Part shown: piece by piece, positions 14,962 to 25,061 of the stretch | Layout of the letters: the number at the start of each line of letters is the position of its first letter | Position numbering within the stretch: position 1 is the first letter of the stretch | DNA from: Nitrospirota bacterium | Lineage (GTDB): Bacteria > Nitrospirota > Nitrospiria > JBHHUU01 | DNA: 42,190 bases | Assembly: GCA_046753905.1 (NCBI GenBank) | Contig: JBHHUU010000002.1 | Span: 1-42,190, forward strand | Direction of reading: 5' to 3' | Program-made: the position numbers and the translations under genes | The notes under the pieces: generated by a model | What the model was told of the DNA's origin: nothing | The model's input: the letters and a program-made list of their open reading frames with translations, nothing else | The model's database searches: none

Positions 14962-17262
14962 ATGAATAAAAAAGGGATATTAATATCTATAATCATCATT
15001 TTTGCTGTTAATTTTCTTTCTATTATACTGCTATCATGCAGCAGCCCTGAGGAAAAAAAGATGAACCATTTAAGCAGGGCTGAGAAATATATTGATGAGT
15101 CAAAATACAAAGAGGCAATAATAGAACTTAAGAATGTTCTTCAGATTGATCCTAAAGATGGGAATGCTCACTATAAGCTTGGAATGGTATATATGAATCT
15201 TGGAGGAATAGCTAATCTCCAGAATGCATTCAGGGAATTTAATAAGGCAGTAGAATATAATCCAGACAATATGGACGCATATCTTAAATTGGGGGGGCTT
15301 TACCTGTTAACTGGAGATGATAAAAAGGTCAAAGAATATGGAGAGATCGTGCTAAAAAATGATGCAAATAATGTTGATGCCCATATCCTTCTTGCGAGCA
15401 GTTATGAATTAAAGAATGATTTTGAGGCAGGAATAAAGTGGTTGGATAAGGCGATAGAGTTAGACCCGAAACAGATAGAGTTATATATTGGCAAGGCTAA
15501 TATCTATATGAAAAAGAAAGAGTTTAAAAAGGCAGAGGAATACCTTCAGAAGGCATTATCAATAGATGATAGAAATTTAAAAGTTAGAATGGCATTTGTA
15601 TCCTACTATATAATTACAAAGAGGCTGAAAGAGGCTGAAAGGATGTATCTTAAGACTATAGCCATGAATCCGCAGAACACATTATTATATCTGGGACTGG
15701 CAAATTTTTATATATCGCAGAATAGGCTGAAGGAGGCAGAGAGTAAGTATAAAGAGGCAATAAAGATTGATGAAAAAAACCCGAACTTATATATGAAATT
15801 GGGTGATTTTTATCTCCTAAAAGGTGAACAGGAGAAGGCATTAGAGGCGTATAAAAGTGGAGAGGAGATAAAGCCTGATTTTCTGATTATCAAGAAAAAG
15901 ATTGCTGATGTCTATTTAAATGAGAAGAAATATGAAGAAGCAGGCAGGTATATAGATAAGATTAAGGCAAAGATATCTGATGACATATATCTTCTCTATC
16001 TTGAAGCCAGATTAGACCTTGGGAAGAACAGGATTAAGGATGCTAAAGATAAATTTCAAAAGGTAATAGATGAAAATTCAAAGTCATTTAATGCCCATTA
16101 TTATCTGGGCATATCCTATTTAAAGGATAATGATATAGATGCTGCACAGTCTGAATTTCAAGAGACATTAAAGATTGCACCTGACTTTATAAAGGCACGG
16201 ATCAAATTAGCAGAGATATTTTTGATAACAAGGTCTTTTGAGCAGTCTATTGAAGAGATCAAAAAGATAACTGAAAGAAAACCTAAAATAATAAGACCAT
16301 ATCTTATACTTGGAGATGCCTATATGGGAAAGGGTGATATAGACAGGGCAATAAAGGAATATAAAAAGATCATCTCTCTCTTTCCAGATGAGCCTATTGG
16401 TTATTATAGATTGGGGTTAGTAGATAAGACCCAGAAGAGATATACAGATGCCATTTCTCAGTTTAAAAAGGCAATTTCAATAAAACCGGGTCTAATAGAT
16501 GTATTAACTAATATGGTATCCATATACATGGTACAACATGAGGCTGATAAAGCTATTGACCTATGCAAAAATCAGTTGAAAGTATTTCCTGATAATCCGC
16601 ACATATATAATCTATTGGGAAAGATATATCTATCAAAAAAGGATGATAAAAGCGCTGAAGAGAGTTTTAAAAAGGCAATACAGATCGATAAGAATATATT
16701 ATCCTCCTACCTCTATCTTGGAAACTTATATCTTAGGAATAAGACATTTAAGAAGGCAGTTGCTGAGTTTGAAAAGAGCATTGAACTAAACCCAAAGTTC
16801 TTAACACCATATATATTATTGGGGATAATATACGATAATAATAAGGAATATAAAAAGGCAAATGAATATTATGAGAAAGCATTGGAGATAGACCCGAAGT
16901 TTGCACCTGCGGCTAATAATCTTGCATGGAATTATGCTGAATACGGAGGGAATATAGATATGGCATTATCTTTAGCTCAGACTGCAAGGGAGAGACTTCC
17001 GGAAGATCCCTATATTGCAGATACACTCGGATGGATATATTATAAAAAGAATGTCTATCTAAAGGCAATGAGCCTCCTGAAAGAAAGCAGCGAAAAATTA
17101 GAGGGAACCCCATTGATTCATTATCATCTCGGTATGACTTATTATAAAATGGGTGATTATGATCTGGCAAAAAATGAATTAAACCGTGCCATCTCATTAA
17201 ATAAGGACTTCAACGGCGCTGATAATGCCAATAAAGTCCTTAATAAGATAAAAAAGATGTGA
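14962..17262 (+). CDS. Large TPR-repeat lipoprotein
   Basis: 766 aa. Signal peptide with lipobox LLSCSS, then uninterrupted TPR-like repeats (A..Y..AL..DP periodicity) to the C-terminus. Confidence 0.8.
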   Translation: MNKKGILISIIIIFAVNFLSIILLSCSSPEEKKMNHLSRAEKYIDESKYKEAIIELKNVLQIDPKDGNAHYKLGMVYMNLGGIANLQNAFREFNKAVEYNPDNMDAYLKLGGLYLLTGDDKKVKEYGEIVLKNDANNVDAHILLASSYELKNDFEAGIKWLDKAIELDPKQIELYIGKANIYMKKKEFKKAEEYLQKALSIDDRNLKVRMAFVSYYIITKRLKEAERMYLKTIAMNPQNTLLYLGLANFYISQNRLKEAESKYKEAIKIDEKNPNLYMKLGDFYLLKGEQEKALEAYKSGEEIKPDFLIIKKKIADVYLNEKKYEEAGRYIDKIKAKISDDIYLLYLEARLDLGKNRIKDAKDKFQKVIDENSKSFNAHYYLGISYLKDNDIDAAQSEFQETLKIAPDFIKARIKLAEIFLITRSFEQSIEEIKKITERKPKIIRPYLILGDAYMGKGDIDRAIKEYKKIISLFPDEPIGYYRLGLVDKTQKRYTDAISQFKKAISIKPGLIDVLTNMVSIYMVQHEADKAIDLCKNQLKVFPDNPHIYNLLGKIYLSKKDDKSAEESFKKAIQIDKNILSSYLYLGNLYLRNKTFKKAVAEFEKSIELNPKFLTPYILLGIIYDNNKEYKKANEYYEKALEIDPKFAPAANNLAWNYAEYGGNIDMALSLAQTARERLPEDPYIADTLGWIYYKKNVYLKAMSLLKESSEKLEGTPLIHYHLGMTYYKMGDYDLAKNELNRAISLNKDFNGADNANKVLNKIKKM

Positions 17263-17276
17263 AAAATAGAACCACA

Positions 17277-18821
17277 ATGGCAAGGGTAATAATGATTCAG
17301 GGGACTGCATCCCATGTAGGAAAGAGTATAATCACCTCTGCGCTTTGCCGAATATTTTACCGCGATGGCTGGAAGGTTGCCCCATTTAAGGGGCAGAATA
17401 TGGCGTTAAACTCATTTGTTACCATCGATGGCAGAGAGATGGGGAGGGCACAGGTGATTCAGGCTCATGCCTGTGGTATATCTCCGGATTGTGAAATGAA
17501 TCCTATCCTCTTGAAGTCCATGTCTGACACAGGCTCACAGGTAATAGTCAATGGCAGAGTAAAGGGAAATATGGATGTAAAGGAGTACCATGCGTTCGGT
17601 AATGAGGCTCTTAAAATAATTGAGTCATCTTACAAAAGACTCTCCGGGAGATATGAACTTATTGTAATAGAGGGGGCAGGGAGCCCTGCTGAGATAAACC
17701 TCAGAGAGAATGATATTGTAAATATGCGTGTTGCAGAGATGGCAGATGCACCTGTGATTCTCGTAGGCGACATTGATAAAGGAGGTGTGTTTGCCTCACT
17801 AGTAGGCACATTAGAATTGCTTCTGCCACATGAAAGGAAGAGGATAAAAGGCTTTATTATTAATAAATTCAGAGGAGACATAAGCATTCTGCAGAAGGGG
17901 ATTGATTATTTAGAAGAGAGGACAGGAATCCCGGTGCTTGGTGTAATTCCATATCTTAAAGATATCTTTCTTGAAGAAGAGGATGGAATGGTGCTGGAGA
18001 GAGATGATGCGAAGAGAGTAATGGCATGTAAAGAGAGGATAAAGATAGTTGTTATACACCTTCCACATATCTCGAACTTTACTGATTTTGATCCGTTCAG
18101 ATTTGAACCAGATGTAGAACTGAGGTATGTTAAAGATAGAGAGAGGGATTTAGACGCCGATATAATAATCATCCCGGGAAGCAAAAACTCAATATCTGAC
18201 CTCTCATATCTCTATGATTCAGGAATTGATAAATATATAAAAGAGGCTTATAAAAGCGGAAAGATAATTGTAGGTATATGCGGAGGTTATCAAATGTTAG
18301 GGATGAAAATCAGTGATTCTCACGGAGTAGAGGGTAGGAGAGAAGATATAAAGGGGTTAGGTCTCCTTCCCTGTGAGACTATTTTAGAGAGAGATAAAGT
18401 AACCTCTCAGATCAAGGCATTACCATTAATATTTGAGGAATGGCGGGAAGAAGAGTATGTCTCTGGATATGAGATACATATCGGCAGAACAAAATTTAGA
18501 GATAGAGATAGAGTTAGAGATGGGATAATACCAGCTTTTAAGATTGCAGAACGGTCAGGATCGGTCAGTAATATTCTGGATGGTGTTATATCAAAAGACC
18601 GTCGTATTATGGGTACATATATACACGGTCTCTTTGAGAATGACAGGTTTCGCCATCTCTTTTTAAATGATATAAGAACAAAAAAGGGACTTTTCTTAAA
18701 TAAAGAGAAAGAGCCAATATATTCATATTCTCAGAAGAGGATAGAATATATTGATAGACTTGCAGATGCAGTAAGAGATAATATAGATATGAAGATGGTC
18801 TATGCTATGCTTTCACCTTAA
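17277..18821 (+). CDS. cobQ: Cobyric acid synthase
   Basis: MARVIMIQGTASHVGKSIITSALCRIF (P-loop-like N-terminus), GSPAEINL, GICGGYQMLG (amidotransferase Cys), YIHGLFEND. The ORF track allows a GTG at 17259 overlapping the TPR stop. Confidence 0.85.
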   Translation: MARVIMIQGTASHVGKSIITSALCRIFYRDGWKVAPFKGQNMALNSFVTIDGREMGRAQVIQAHACGISPDCEMNPILLKSMSDTGSQVIVNGRVKGNMDVKEYHAFGNEALKIIESSYKRLSGRYELIVIEGAGSPAEINLRENDIVNMRVAEMADAPVILVGDIDKGGVFASLVGTLELLLPHERKRIKGFIINKFRGDISILQKGIDYLEERTGIPVLGVIPYLKDIFLEEEDGMVLERDDAKRVMACKERIKIVVIHLPHISNFTDFDPFRFEPDVELRYVKDRERDLDADIIIIPGSKNSISDLSYLYDSGIDKYIKEAYKSGKIIVGICGGYQMLGMKISDSHGVEGRREDIKGLGLLPCETILERDKVTSQIKALPLIFEEWREEEYVSGYEIHIGRTKFRDRDRVRDGIIPAFKIAERSGSVSNILDGVISKDRRIMGTYIHGLFENDRFRHLFLNDIRTKKGLFLNKEKEPIYSYSQKRIEYIDRLADAVRDNIDMKMVYAMLSP

Positions 18822-18838
18822 GGATATCTCTCACAATC

Positions 18839-19351
18839 TCAATAACTCACTAAAGATAAGACAGGGTAACCGCTTATTTTATCTCTCCCTTTAAGTGCTG
18901 TCAACTCTATCAAAAATGCTATGCTTATTATTGTGCCTCCAAGTTTTTTTACGAGTTCTAATGCAGCCGACACAGTTCCTCCTGTTGCTAATAAGTCATC
19001 AACTATTAATACCTTTTCACCTGGTGTAATTGCGTCCTGATGTATAGTCAGAGAATCTGAGCCATATTCAAGTTCATACTTTGCCTCGTAGATATCACTT
19101 GGAAGTTTACCCGGTTTCCTTATAGGCACAAACCCTGCCCCTAATTGATATGCCAGGGGACCTCCAATTATAAAACCCCTTGATTCTATTGCCACTACTT
19201 TCTCTATCTCTTCATCCTGATAAAAATTTACTAATTTTGTAATGATCTTATTAAACCCTTCCTTATCTTTTAAAAGTGTTGTCACATCATAAAACAATAT
19301 CCCTTCCTTTGGAAAATCAGGGATCTCTCTGATCTTAGATTTTATATCCAT
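18839..19351 (-). CDS. apt: Adenine phosphoribosyltransferase
   Basis: 170 aa. IPDFPKEGILFYDVTTLL, VVAIESRGFIIGGPLA, and the PRPP motif VLIVDDLLATGGT. Confidence 0.9.
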   Translation of the reverse strand: MDIKSKIREIPDFPKEGILFYDVTTLLKDKEGFNKIITKLVNFYQDEEIEKVVAIESRGFIIGGPLAYQLGAGFVPIRKPGKLPSDIYEAKYELEYGSDSLTIHQDAITPGEKVLIVDDLLATGGTVSAALELVKKLGGTIISIAFLIELTALKGRDKISGYPVLSLVSY

Positions 19352-19387
19352 AACTATCTCCTCCTTCTTTTAACTTTAGGCACTTTT

Positions 19388-20311
19388 TTACAGTATTTCT
19401 TCTCTGGTTATTGTCTTCTGGGCAATAATAGTACGAAGTTTGGCAAGCGCAGAGACCTCAATCTGCCGTACTCTCTCCCTTGTAAGCCCAAATATCTTGC
19501 CTATATCTTCCAGCGTCTTGGGTTCTTCCCCCTCTAAACCAAAGCGAAAGATAATCACCCTCTTTTCATTTGTTCTCAAGTTTTCTAACCACTGTTTAAT
19601 CTCCTCTCTCGTCTTTATACCCTCAATAGTAGTTGATGGCAATATCTGAGAGGAATCCTTAATAATATCTCTAAGGGTTGTAGCATCTTTGCTGTTTATC
19701 GGGCTATCTAAAGGATATATCATCCTGATCAATTGTTTTATATCCAGAACACTCTCTTTTGATATTCCTAATTTTTCAGATATCTCCTCAATCTCAGGTT
19801 CTCTGTCCAGATTCTGCATTAGATTTTCTAAGACAGAGAGATAATTATTTACCTTCTCCACAACATGGACAGGAAGCCTGATTAATTTGCCCTGATTTAT
19901 TATAGCTCTCTCAATAGACTGCTTTATCCACCATGAAGCGTATGTGCTAAATTTGAAACCCTTTTTATAATCATATTTCTCAACTGCCTTAATAAGACCA
20001 ATATTCCCTTCCTCGATGACATCTGAAAATGGCAGCCCCTTGTTGATATATCTCTTGCCAATGCTTACAACAAGCCGTAGATTAGACTCTATCATCCGTT
20101 GTCTGGCTTCTTTATCACCCTTTTCTATCTGTTTTGCTAATGCAACCTCTTCTTCAGGTTTGAGGATAGAAGACTTTCTAATATCGATAAGATAACTCTT
20201 TACTGCGTCAAACTTATCTCCTGCTGTATTTTTTTCTCTCTCTTCATGGTCAGCATCATCACGAGAGGGATTATGTTTTGCATGTCCTCCTATGAAATCT
20301 TCTTCCAGCAC
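19388..20311 (-). CDS. Sigma-70 family factor, short group-2/RpoS-like form
   Basis: 307 aa. Region 2 ([61 protein letters not shown]), regions 3 and 4 ([19 protein letters not shown]). GTG start with GGAG RBS. No long region 1.1. Confidence 0.85.
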   Translation of the reverse strand: MLEEDFIGGHAKHNPSRDDADHEEREKNTAGDKFDAVKSYLIDIRKSSILKPEEEVALAKQIEKGDKEARQRMIESNLRLVVSIGKRYINKGLPFSDVIEEGNIGLIKAVEKYDYKKGFKFSTYASWWIKQSIERAIINQGKLIRLPVHVVEKVNNYLSVLENLMQNLDREPEIEEISEKLGISKESVLDIKQLIRMIYPLDSPINSKDATTLRDIIKDSSQILPSTTIEGIKTREEIKQWLENLRTNEKRVIIFRFGLEGEEPKTLEDIGKIFGLTRERVRQIEVSALAKLRTIIAQKTITREEIL

Positions 20312-20441
20312 TTTATCTCCAGAATGTGTATTGTCAAAATATTCTCTAACCTTGCAAATCTCTAACTATAGATGTAGAAATAATAATATAACATATTGCT
20401 GCCTAAAGGCAAGAACTTTTGATAGTGTTCAGCAATTATAG

Positions 20442-21587
20442 TTAATCTGCCTTTCTTCTCAAGAAGGCAGGCACATCCCATTCCTCTCCATGATTATCAT
20501 CCATTGGTTCTTCTTTCAGGTATCCATCATTGACTATCTTTCTGATATATGCTGGTCTGTCTATATTGTGAACAAATGAATCATCTGTCTTAGAAGGTCT
20601 GGTAATTACTTCTTTAATTTTGGACTCATTCTCAAATCCTGTTGCAATTACAGTAACTACTATCTCATTGCCCAATCTCTCATTTATCACAGAACCAAAT
20701 ATGATGTTGGCATCTTTATCCGCTGCCTCCTGAATAATCATTGATGCCTCAGTAACCTCATGAAGGGACATATCAGCGCCTCCGGATATATTCAGCAGCA
20801 CGCCGCTTGCTCCATCTATTGAACCATCCTCTAATAGAGGACTGGATATTGCCTTTTGTGCCGCCTCTATTGCGCGGTTTTTACCCTGACCCCTGCCCAT
20901 CCCCATTACTGCCCTTCCCATGTGTGACATAACAGTCTTGACATCTGCAAAATCCACATTTACCAATCCATGGGTAGTAATAAGGTCTGATATCCCCTGA
21001 ACTGCCTGACGCAGTACATCATCGACAATCTTAAAAGAATCAAGCAATGGCGTTGTATTATCCACGATGCTTAAGAGCCTTTGGTTGGGAATTGTGATAA
21101 GGGTATCCACATATTTCTTTAGTTCCTTGAGTCCATCTTCTGCCCTCTGCATCCTCTTTCCACCCTCAAACATGAATGGCTTGGTAGCAACACCCACTGT
21201 AAGTATCTTTAACTCTCTTGCAATACTGCATATAACTGGAGCCGCGCCTGTCCCTGTTCCGCCTCCCATCCCGGCAGTGACAAAGACCATATCCGCACCT
21301 GCAAGGGTCTCTTCTATCTTGCTGGTATCCTCTAACGCAGATGCTTTTCCTATATCAGCATTAGCACCAGCGCCAAGTCCTTTAGTCAATTTTTTTCCTA
21401 ACTGTAGTTTTATAGGCGCTGGAGAGGATTCTAATGCCTGAAGATCTGTATTTGCAGCTATAAACTCAATCCCCTCTACCTTAGATGCAATCATTGTATT
21501 CACAGCATTACAGCCTCCTCCCCCCACACCTATGACCTTTATCCTTGCCTCACGTCTTTCTTCCTCACTTAAGAGAAATATATCCAT
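20442..21587 (-). CDS. ftsZ: Cell division GTPase FtsZ
   Basis: [11 protein letters not shown], the tubulin signature [11 protein letters not shown], and NVDFADV. Confidence 0.95.
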   Translation of the reverse strand: MDIFLLSEEERREARIKVIGVGGGGCNAVNTMIASKVEGIEFIAANTDLQALESSPAPIKLQLGKKLTKGLGAGANADIGKASALEDTSKIEETLAGADMVFVTAGMGGGTGTGAAPVICSIARELKILTVGVATKPFMFEGGKRMQRAEDGLKELKKYVDTLITIPNQRLLSIVDNTTPLLDSFKIVDDVLRQAVQGISDLITTHGLVNVDFADVKTVMSHMGRAVMGMGRGQGKNRAIEAAQKAISSPLLEDGSIDGASGVLLNISGGADMSLHEVTEASMIIQEAADKDANIIFGSVINERLGNEIVVTVIATGFENESKIKEVITRPSKTDDSFVHNIDRPAYIRKIVNDGYLKEEPMDDNHGEEWDVPAFLRRKAD

Positions 21588-21614
21588 ATTCCCTATCCTC
21601 CTGTTTTAGAGTTA

Positions 21615-21697
21615 AAAGTGTCTAAAGTGAACTAAAGTTTAAAGTTCTAATTCTTTTAATTTTAGGCACTTCACACCTTAGGCACTTTAGACACTTT
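21615..21697 (-). promoter_or_regulatory. Long-range perfect 15-bp inverted repeat spanning the ftsA-ftsZ intergenic region
   Basis: AAAGTGTCTAAAGTG at 21615-21629 is the exact reverse complement of CACTTTAGACACTTT at 21683-21697. The 53-nt loop holds two TTAGGCACTT copies. The right arm abuts the ftsA stop. The left arm lies about 27 nt upstream of the ftsZ start codon (21587), with its AGGAGG RBS at about 21598-21603. Confidence 0.6.
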
Positions 21698-21698
21698 G

Positions 21699-22931
21699 TT
21701 AATCTAAAAGCACCTCATTTAACCATCTTTTTATCTTATGGATGTGACAAACTATTGTTCCGGTTTCTGATGTTATATCTTTATTGTTCCGGTTCTTCAG
21801 GGCATAAAAGATCAGTCCCACACCAGTAGAGTAGATAGGACTGCTGACTATATCCACAAGGCCGCCTATATTGATAGGCATTCCCATCCTGACTGGGAGG
21901 TCTAATATCCTCTCTGCCACATCTATCATACCATCCATTATCGCTGTGCCTCCTGTAATAACAACACCTGATACCACCCTCTCTTCGTACCCTGTCTTTT
22001 TAATCTCTCTGCTGACAAGAGTAAATATCTCCTCTGCTCTCGGTTCTATTATCTCAGAAAGAAGCTGCCTTGATAGTATTCTTGAAGGTCTCCCTCCCAC
22101 ACCCGGCACTTCTATCTTCTCATCAGTCATTACCATAGAGGCAACGGCATTTCCATATTTTATCTTTATCTTTTCTGCCTCTCCTACAGGTGTTCTCAAT
22201 CCTATAGCGATATCATTAGTAACATAATTTCCACCTATACCTAATACCGTTGTATGCCATATACTGCCATCAATGAATACTGCAAGGTCAGTAGTGCCAC
22301 CCCCTATATCTACCATAGCCACACCTAATTCCTTCTCCTCTGGACATAATACCGCCTCACTTGATGCCAGAGGCTGAAGAATGATATCTGCCACATCCAG
22401 TCCGGCCTTTTCAATACACTTAATAATATTCATGGCTGATGTGTTTACCCCTGTAATAATATATACCTCAGCCTCTAACCTCTCTCCACAGATACCCAGA
22501 GGGTCTTTTATGCCCCCTTGTTCATCAACAATAAATTCCTGAGGTATAATATGCAGCACCCGTCTCTCCTTTGGAATAGCCATTGCCCTTGCAGCATCTA
22601 TCACCCTTTCAATATCCGTCCTGCTGATTTCACTATCCTTTACAGCAACTACTCCCCTGCTGTTTAAACCCTTTATGTGGGCACCTGCAATCCCTGCATA
22701 TACCGAATTTATCTGGACACCTGCCATTAATTCTGCCTCCTCTACTGCCCTTCTGATAGACTCTATAGTACTTTCAATATTAACTACAACCCCCTTTTTC
22801 AACCCCCTTGACGGGCTTGTCCCAATACCAATGATGTTTACCTTAGTCCCCTCTAAAACATCACCTACAATAGCACATATCTTTGTTGTCCCTATATCCA
22901 GTCCAACTATGATATTCTCTCCTTTTTCCAA
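21699..22931 (-). CDS. ftsA: Cell division protein FtsA
   Basis: 410 aa actin-like ATPase: VGLDIGTTKICAIV, DIGGGTTDLAVF, VITGGTA. Confidence 0.95.
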   Translation of the reverse strand: MEKGENIIVGLDIGTTKICAIVGDVLEGTKVNIIGIGTSPSRGLKKGVVVNIESTIESIRRAVEEAELMAGVQINSVYAGIAGAHIKGLNSRGVVAVKDSEISRTDIERVIDAARAMAIPKERRVLHIIPQEFIVDEQGGIKDPLGICGERLEAEVYIITGVNTSAMNIIKCIEKAGLDVADIILQPLASSEAVLCPEEKELGVAMVDIGGGTTDLAVFIDGSIWHTTVLGIGGNYVTNDIAIGLRTPVGEAEKIKIKYGNAVASMVMTDEKIEVPGVGGRPSRILSRQLLSEIIEPRAEEIFTLVSREIKKTGYEERVVSGVVITGGTAIMDGMIDVAERILDLPVRMGMPINIGGLVDIVSSPIYSTGVGLIFYALKNRNNKDITSETGTIVCHIHKIKRWLNEVLLD

Positions 22932-22986
22932 CTTACTTCACCTCCTCCTCTAGTAGTAATTCCAACATTATATTTACTCCTTATCC

Positions 22987-23763
22987 TCACATCTCCCTTA
23001 CTATTACTCTTCCAGGGAACCTCATATCTATCTCTTTTGGATCTCCTCCCTTTTCCATCATCAATACCCTTTCAAACTCAAGGAATCTCTTTATTTTTTC
23101 GTTATATCTGCTATTTCCCATTCTTACTCTATAATTTTTCAGGTTTACAAGCATGTTCCTGTCATCTCTTATATCTATTACGAGCGGAACTTTATCTCCA
23201 TAACAGAGGAGCTTAATAATATCTACTCCATCAACCATTGAATCATTAAGGTTCTTCCCTATTATTAAAGGGAGATCAATCTCACGCTTCTCTATTCTCT
23301 CTAATAAGATACCTTCCTCATCTATCATATAAAGGTCATCGCCTCTTTTATAGAGGGCAACAGGCTTTCTCTCTTTTATATCTACAATTATCCCGTCAGG
23401 GAAATCCTTGCGAAGCCATACATCCTTTATCCATGGTTTTTTCTCTATCCTCTCTTTAATATGATCGATATCTATCTGGAATATATTATTGCCTTTTGAA
23501 CCGATCAGGTTTAGCATCTCCTCCTTTTTTGAGTATTGTAATCCCTTTACCTCAATATGATTCACTTTAAAATATTCAGATGTAGTAACCCACTGATAAA
23601 GCCATGACCCAGAATATCCACCTATCCATGAACATAGAATAAAAACAAGAAATATTCCTCTCTTTTTATCCCTTTTATTCCTTCTATGGCATTTGTTGTA
23701 TCTATTACCCCTTACATAGACACTCTTTTTTCTTTTCCTCTTACTATGTCTCTGATTGGTCAT
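22987..23763 (-). CDS. ftsQ: Cell division protein FtsQ (POTRA-containing)
   Basis: The ORF track starts at 23832, inside a REP element. I use Met24 (MTNQRHSKRK...). It has a basic N-terminus, a TM helix, then a POTRA-like segment (FKVNHIEVKGLQYSKKEEML). Position between ddl and ftsA fits. Confidence 0.75.
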   Translation of the reverse strand: MTNQRHSKRKRKKSVYVRGNRYNKCHRRNKRDKKRGIFLVFILCSWIGGYSGSWLYQWVTTSEYFKVNHIEVKGLQYSKKEEMLNLIGSKGNNIFQIDIDHIKERIEKKPWIKDVWLRKDFPDGIIVDIKERKPVALYKRGDDLYMIDEEGILLERIEKREIDLPLIIGKNLNDSMVDGVDIIKLLCYGDKVPLVIDIRDDRNMLVNLKNYRVRMGNSRYNEKIKRFLEFERVLMMEKGGDPKEIDMRFPGRVIVREM

Positions 23764-23765
23764 AG

Positions 23766-23877
23766 CACCCCACCCTAACCCTCCCCCACCTGCCTGTTGC
23801 CTGCCTGTTGGCAGACAGGGCAGACAGGTCAAGGGGGAGGGAACTCAACGTTCTGGTTCAATCTTCAAGATTGAACC
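23766..23877. repeat. Composite REP-like palindromic element, copy 1
   Basis: CACCCTAACCCTCCCCC ... GGGGGAGGG encloses a CCTGCCTGTTG x2 / GCAGACAGG x2 palindrome. A second hairpin follows: GGTTCAATCTT-C-AAGATTGAACC at 23855-23877. Confidence 0.8.
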
Positions 23878-23899
23878 ACCACCAGCCATTAACTTAATC

Positions 23900-25027
23900 T
23901 TAAAATGCAAATGTCCACTGGACAGCATATTCATTGACCTTCTTCTTATCTTCATCATCTATTGACCTGTACTCTGCCTTTATTGCGCTCCTGTACATGA
24001 TGTCATATTTTATGCCGCCTATCCATCTTATAGAATCTTTCCTTCCAAGTGCAATCATATATGGATCGTTATCCTTATCAGAGAAGTTTTCATACCTTAG
24101 ATATGGGGTAAACTTTTCTATTAACCTGTATCCTCCCTGTATATAATAGGCATTGTTTGTAAAGTCATCACTTCCTAACTTATCTTTATCCTTTATGTTG
24201 TAATACTCTGCAATAAACTCTGCCCCATTTCTCTTATAGAATATATCAGCACCCAAGATAGTCTGGTCTACCTCTGTAGCTATAGTGCCTTCTGTTTTTG
24301 TTTCCTTCGGATCATCTTTTACTGCCAATCTTGCTACCCTGCTCAGGTTGCCAAACAGACCTATGCCTGCGCCTGAGTATGCTGCCGGTTCTATAGTGAG
24401 ATTAAACGAGAATGACTTGTTTGTGTTATTATCAGTGGTATTATTCGGATCTAACGCTGCCTCCCCTATCTTACCCTTAAGTTGTGAGCCATTCCCTAAC
24501 ATTAGACCATAGTTAAGGACAATAGGCTCAAGTTTTTTCCTTCCCCTTGCCCATAGCCCTACTATATGGGCTGGCAATATACCTGCCTCATCCTCAAATT
24601 CTAAGAAGTCAGGTCTTCCTATGGTTGTCTGGAGATGGGCGCCATGATGATATGATGTATTCCAATATCCAATAAGGTTATGGAATCTCCCTACCCTTAC
24701 CTGTAAGGCATCAGAAAAGAGATAACCCACCTCTATCCTCTCTCCATCTATACCCCATTCTCCTCCAGGACTCTCAAGGACAATTTCTACCAATATATCT
24801 ATCCTGTCATCTATCTCCAGGGTTGTATAGAGGTCAAGCTGTCCCAATGCAAACTGACCATTTTTGCTGCTATCTTTATCATTATTATCCTCATCTGCCT
24901 TTGTATAAGTTACATCGCCAAACCCGTAGAACTCAAAGGATCTGGCAGGCTGCACAACCATAAGGATAAAGAGCACCACTAACAGACAGGAAATTTTCAT
25001 AATCCTATTATTAACATAAGATATCAT
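23900..25027 (-). CDS. Putative outer-membrane beta-barrel porin (phosphate-selective porin O/P-like?)
   Basis: Start chosen at Met10 (ATG 25027) with a GAGGAGG RBS. It has a signal peptide, alternating beta-strand pattern, many aromatic girdle residues, and ends ...YAVQWTFAF with a terminal Phe. Confidence 0.6.
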   Translation of the reverse strand: MISYVNNRIMKISCLLVVLFILMVVQPARSFEFYGFGDVTYTKADEDNNDKDSSKNGQFALGQLDLYTTLEIDDRIDILVEIVLESPGGEWGIDGERIEVGYLFSDALQVRVGRFHNLIGYWNTSYHHGAHLQTTIGRPDFLEFEDEAGILPAHIVGLWARGRKKLEPIVLNYGLMLGNGSQLKGKIGEAALDPNNTTDNNTNKSFSFNLTIEPAAYSGAGIGLFGNLSRVARLAVKDDPKETKTEGTIATEVDQTILGADIFYKRNGAEFIAEYYNIKDKDKLGSDDFTNNAYYIQGGYRLIEKFTPYLRYENFSDKDNDPYMIALGRKDSIRWIGGIKYDIMYRSAIKAEYRSIDDEDKKKVNEYAVQWTFAF

Positions 25028-25061
25028 CTTATAATCCTCCTCTCTATATACCAATATTAGA

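Noticed and set aside
20312-20441. Terminator after ftsZ (TTGCCTTTAGGCAGCAA on the minus strand)
   Set aside because: The stem is only about 4 clean base pairs with no U-tract, which is not enough to call.
23764-23832. N-terminal extension of ftsQ (MTCLPCLPTGRQQAGGGGLGWGA)
   Set aside because: It is encoded entirely by the REP-like palindrome. The internal Met at 23763 precedes the normal basic-TM-POTRA layout.
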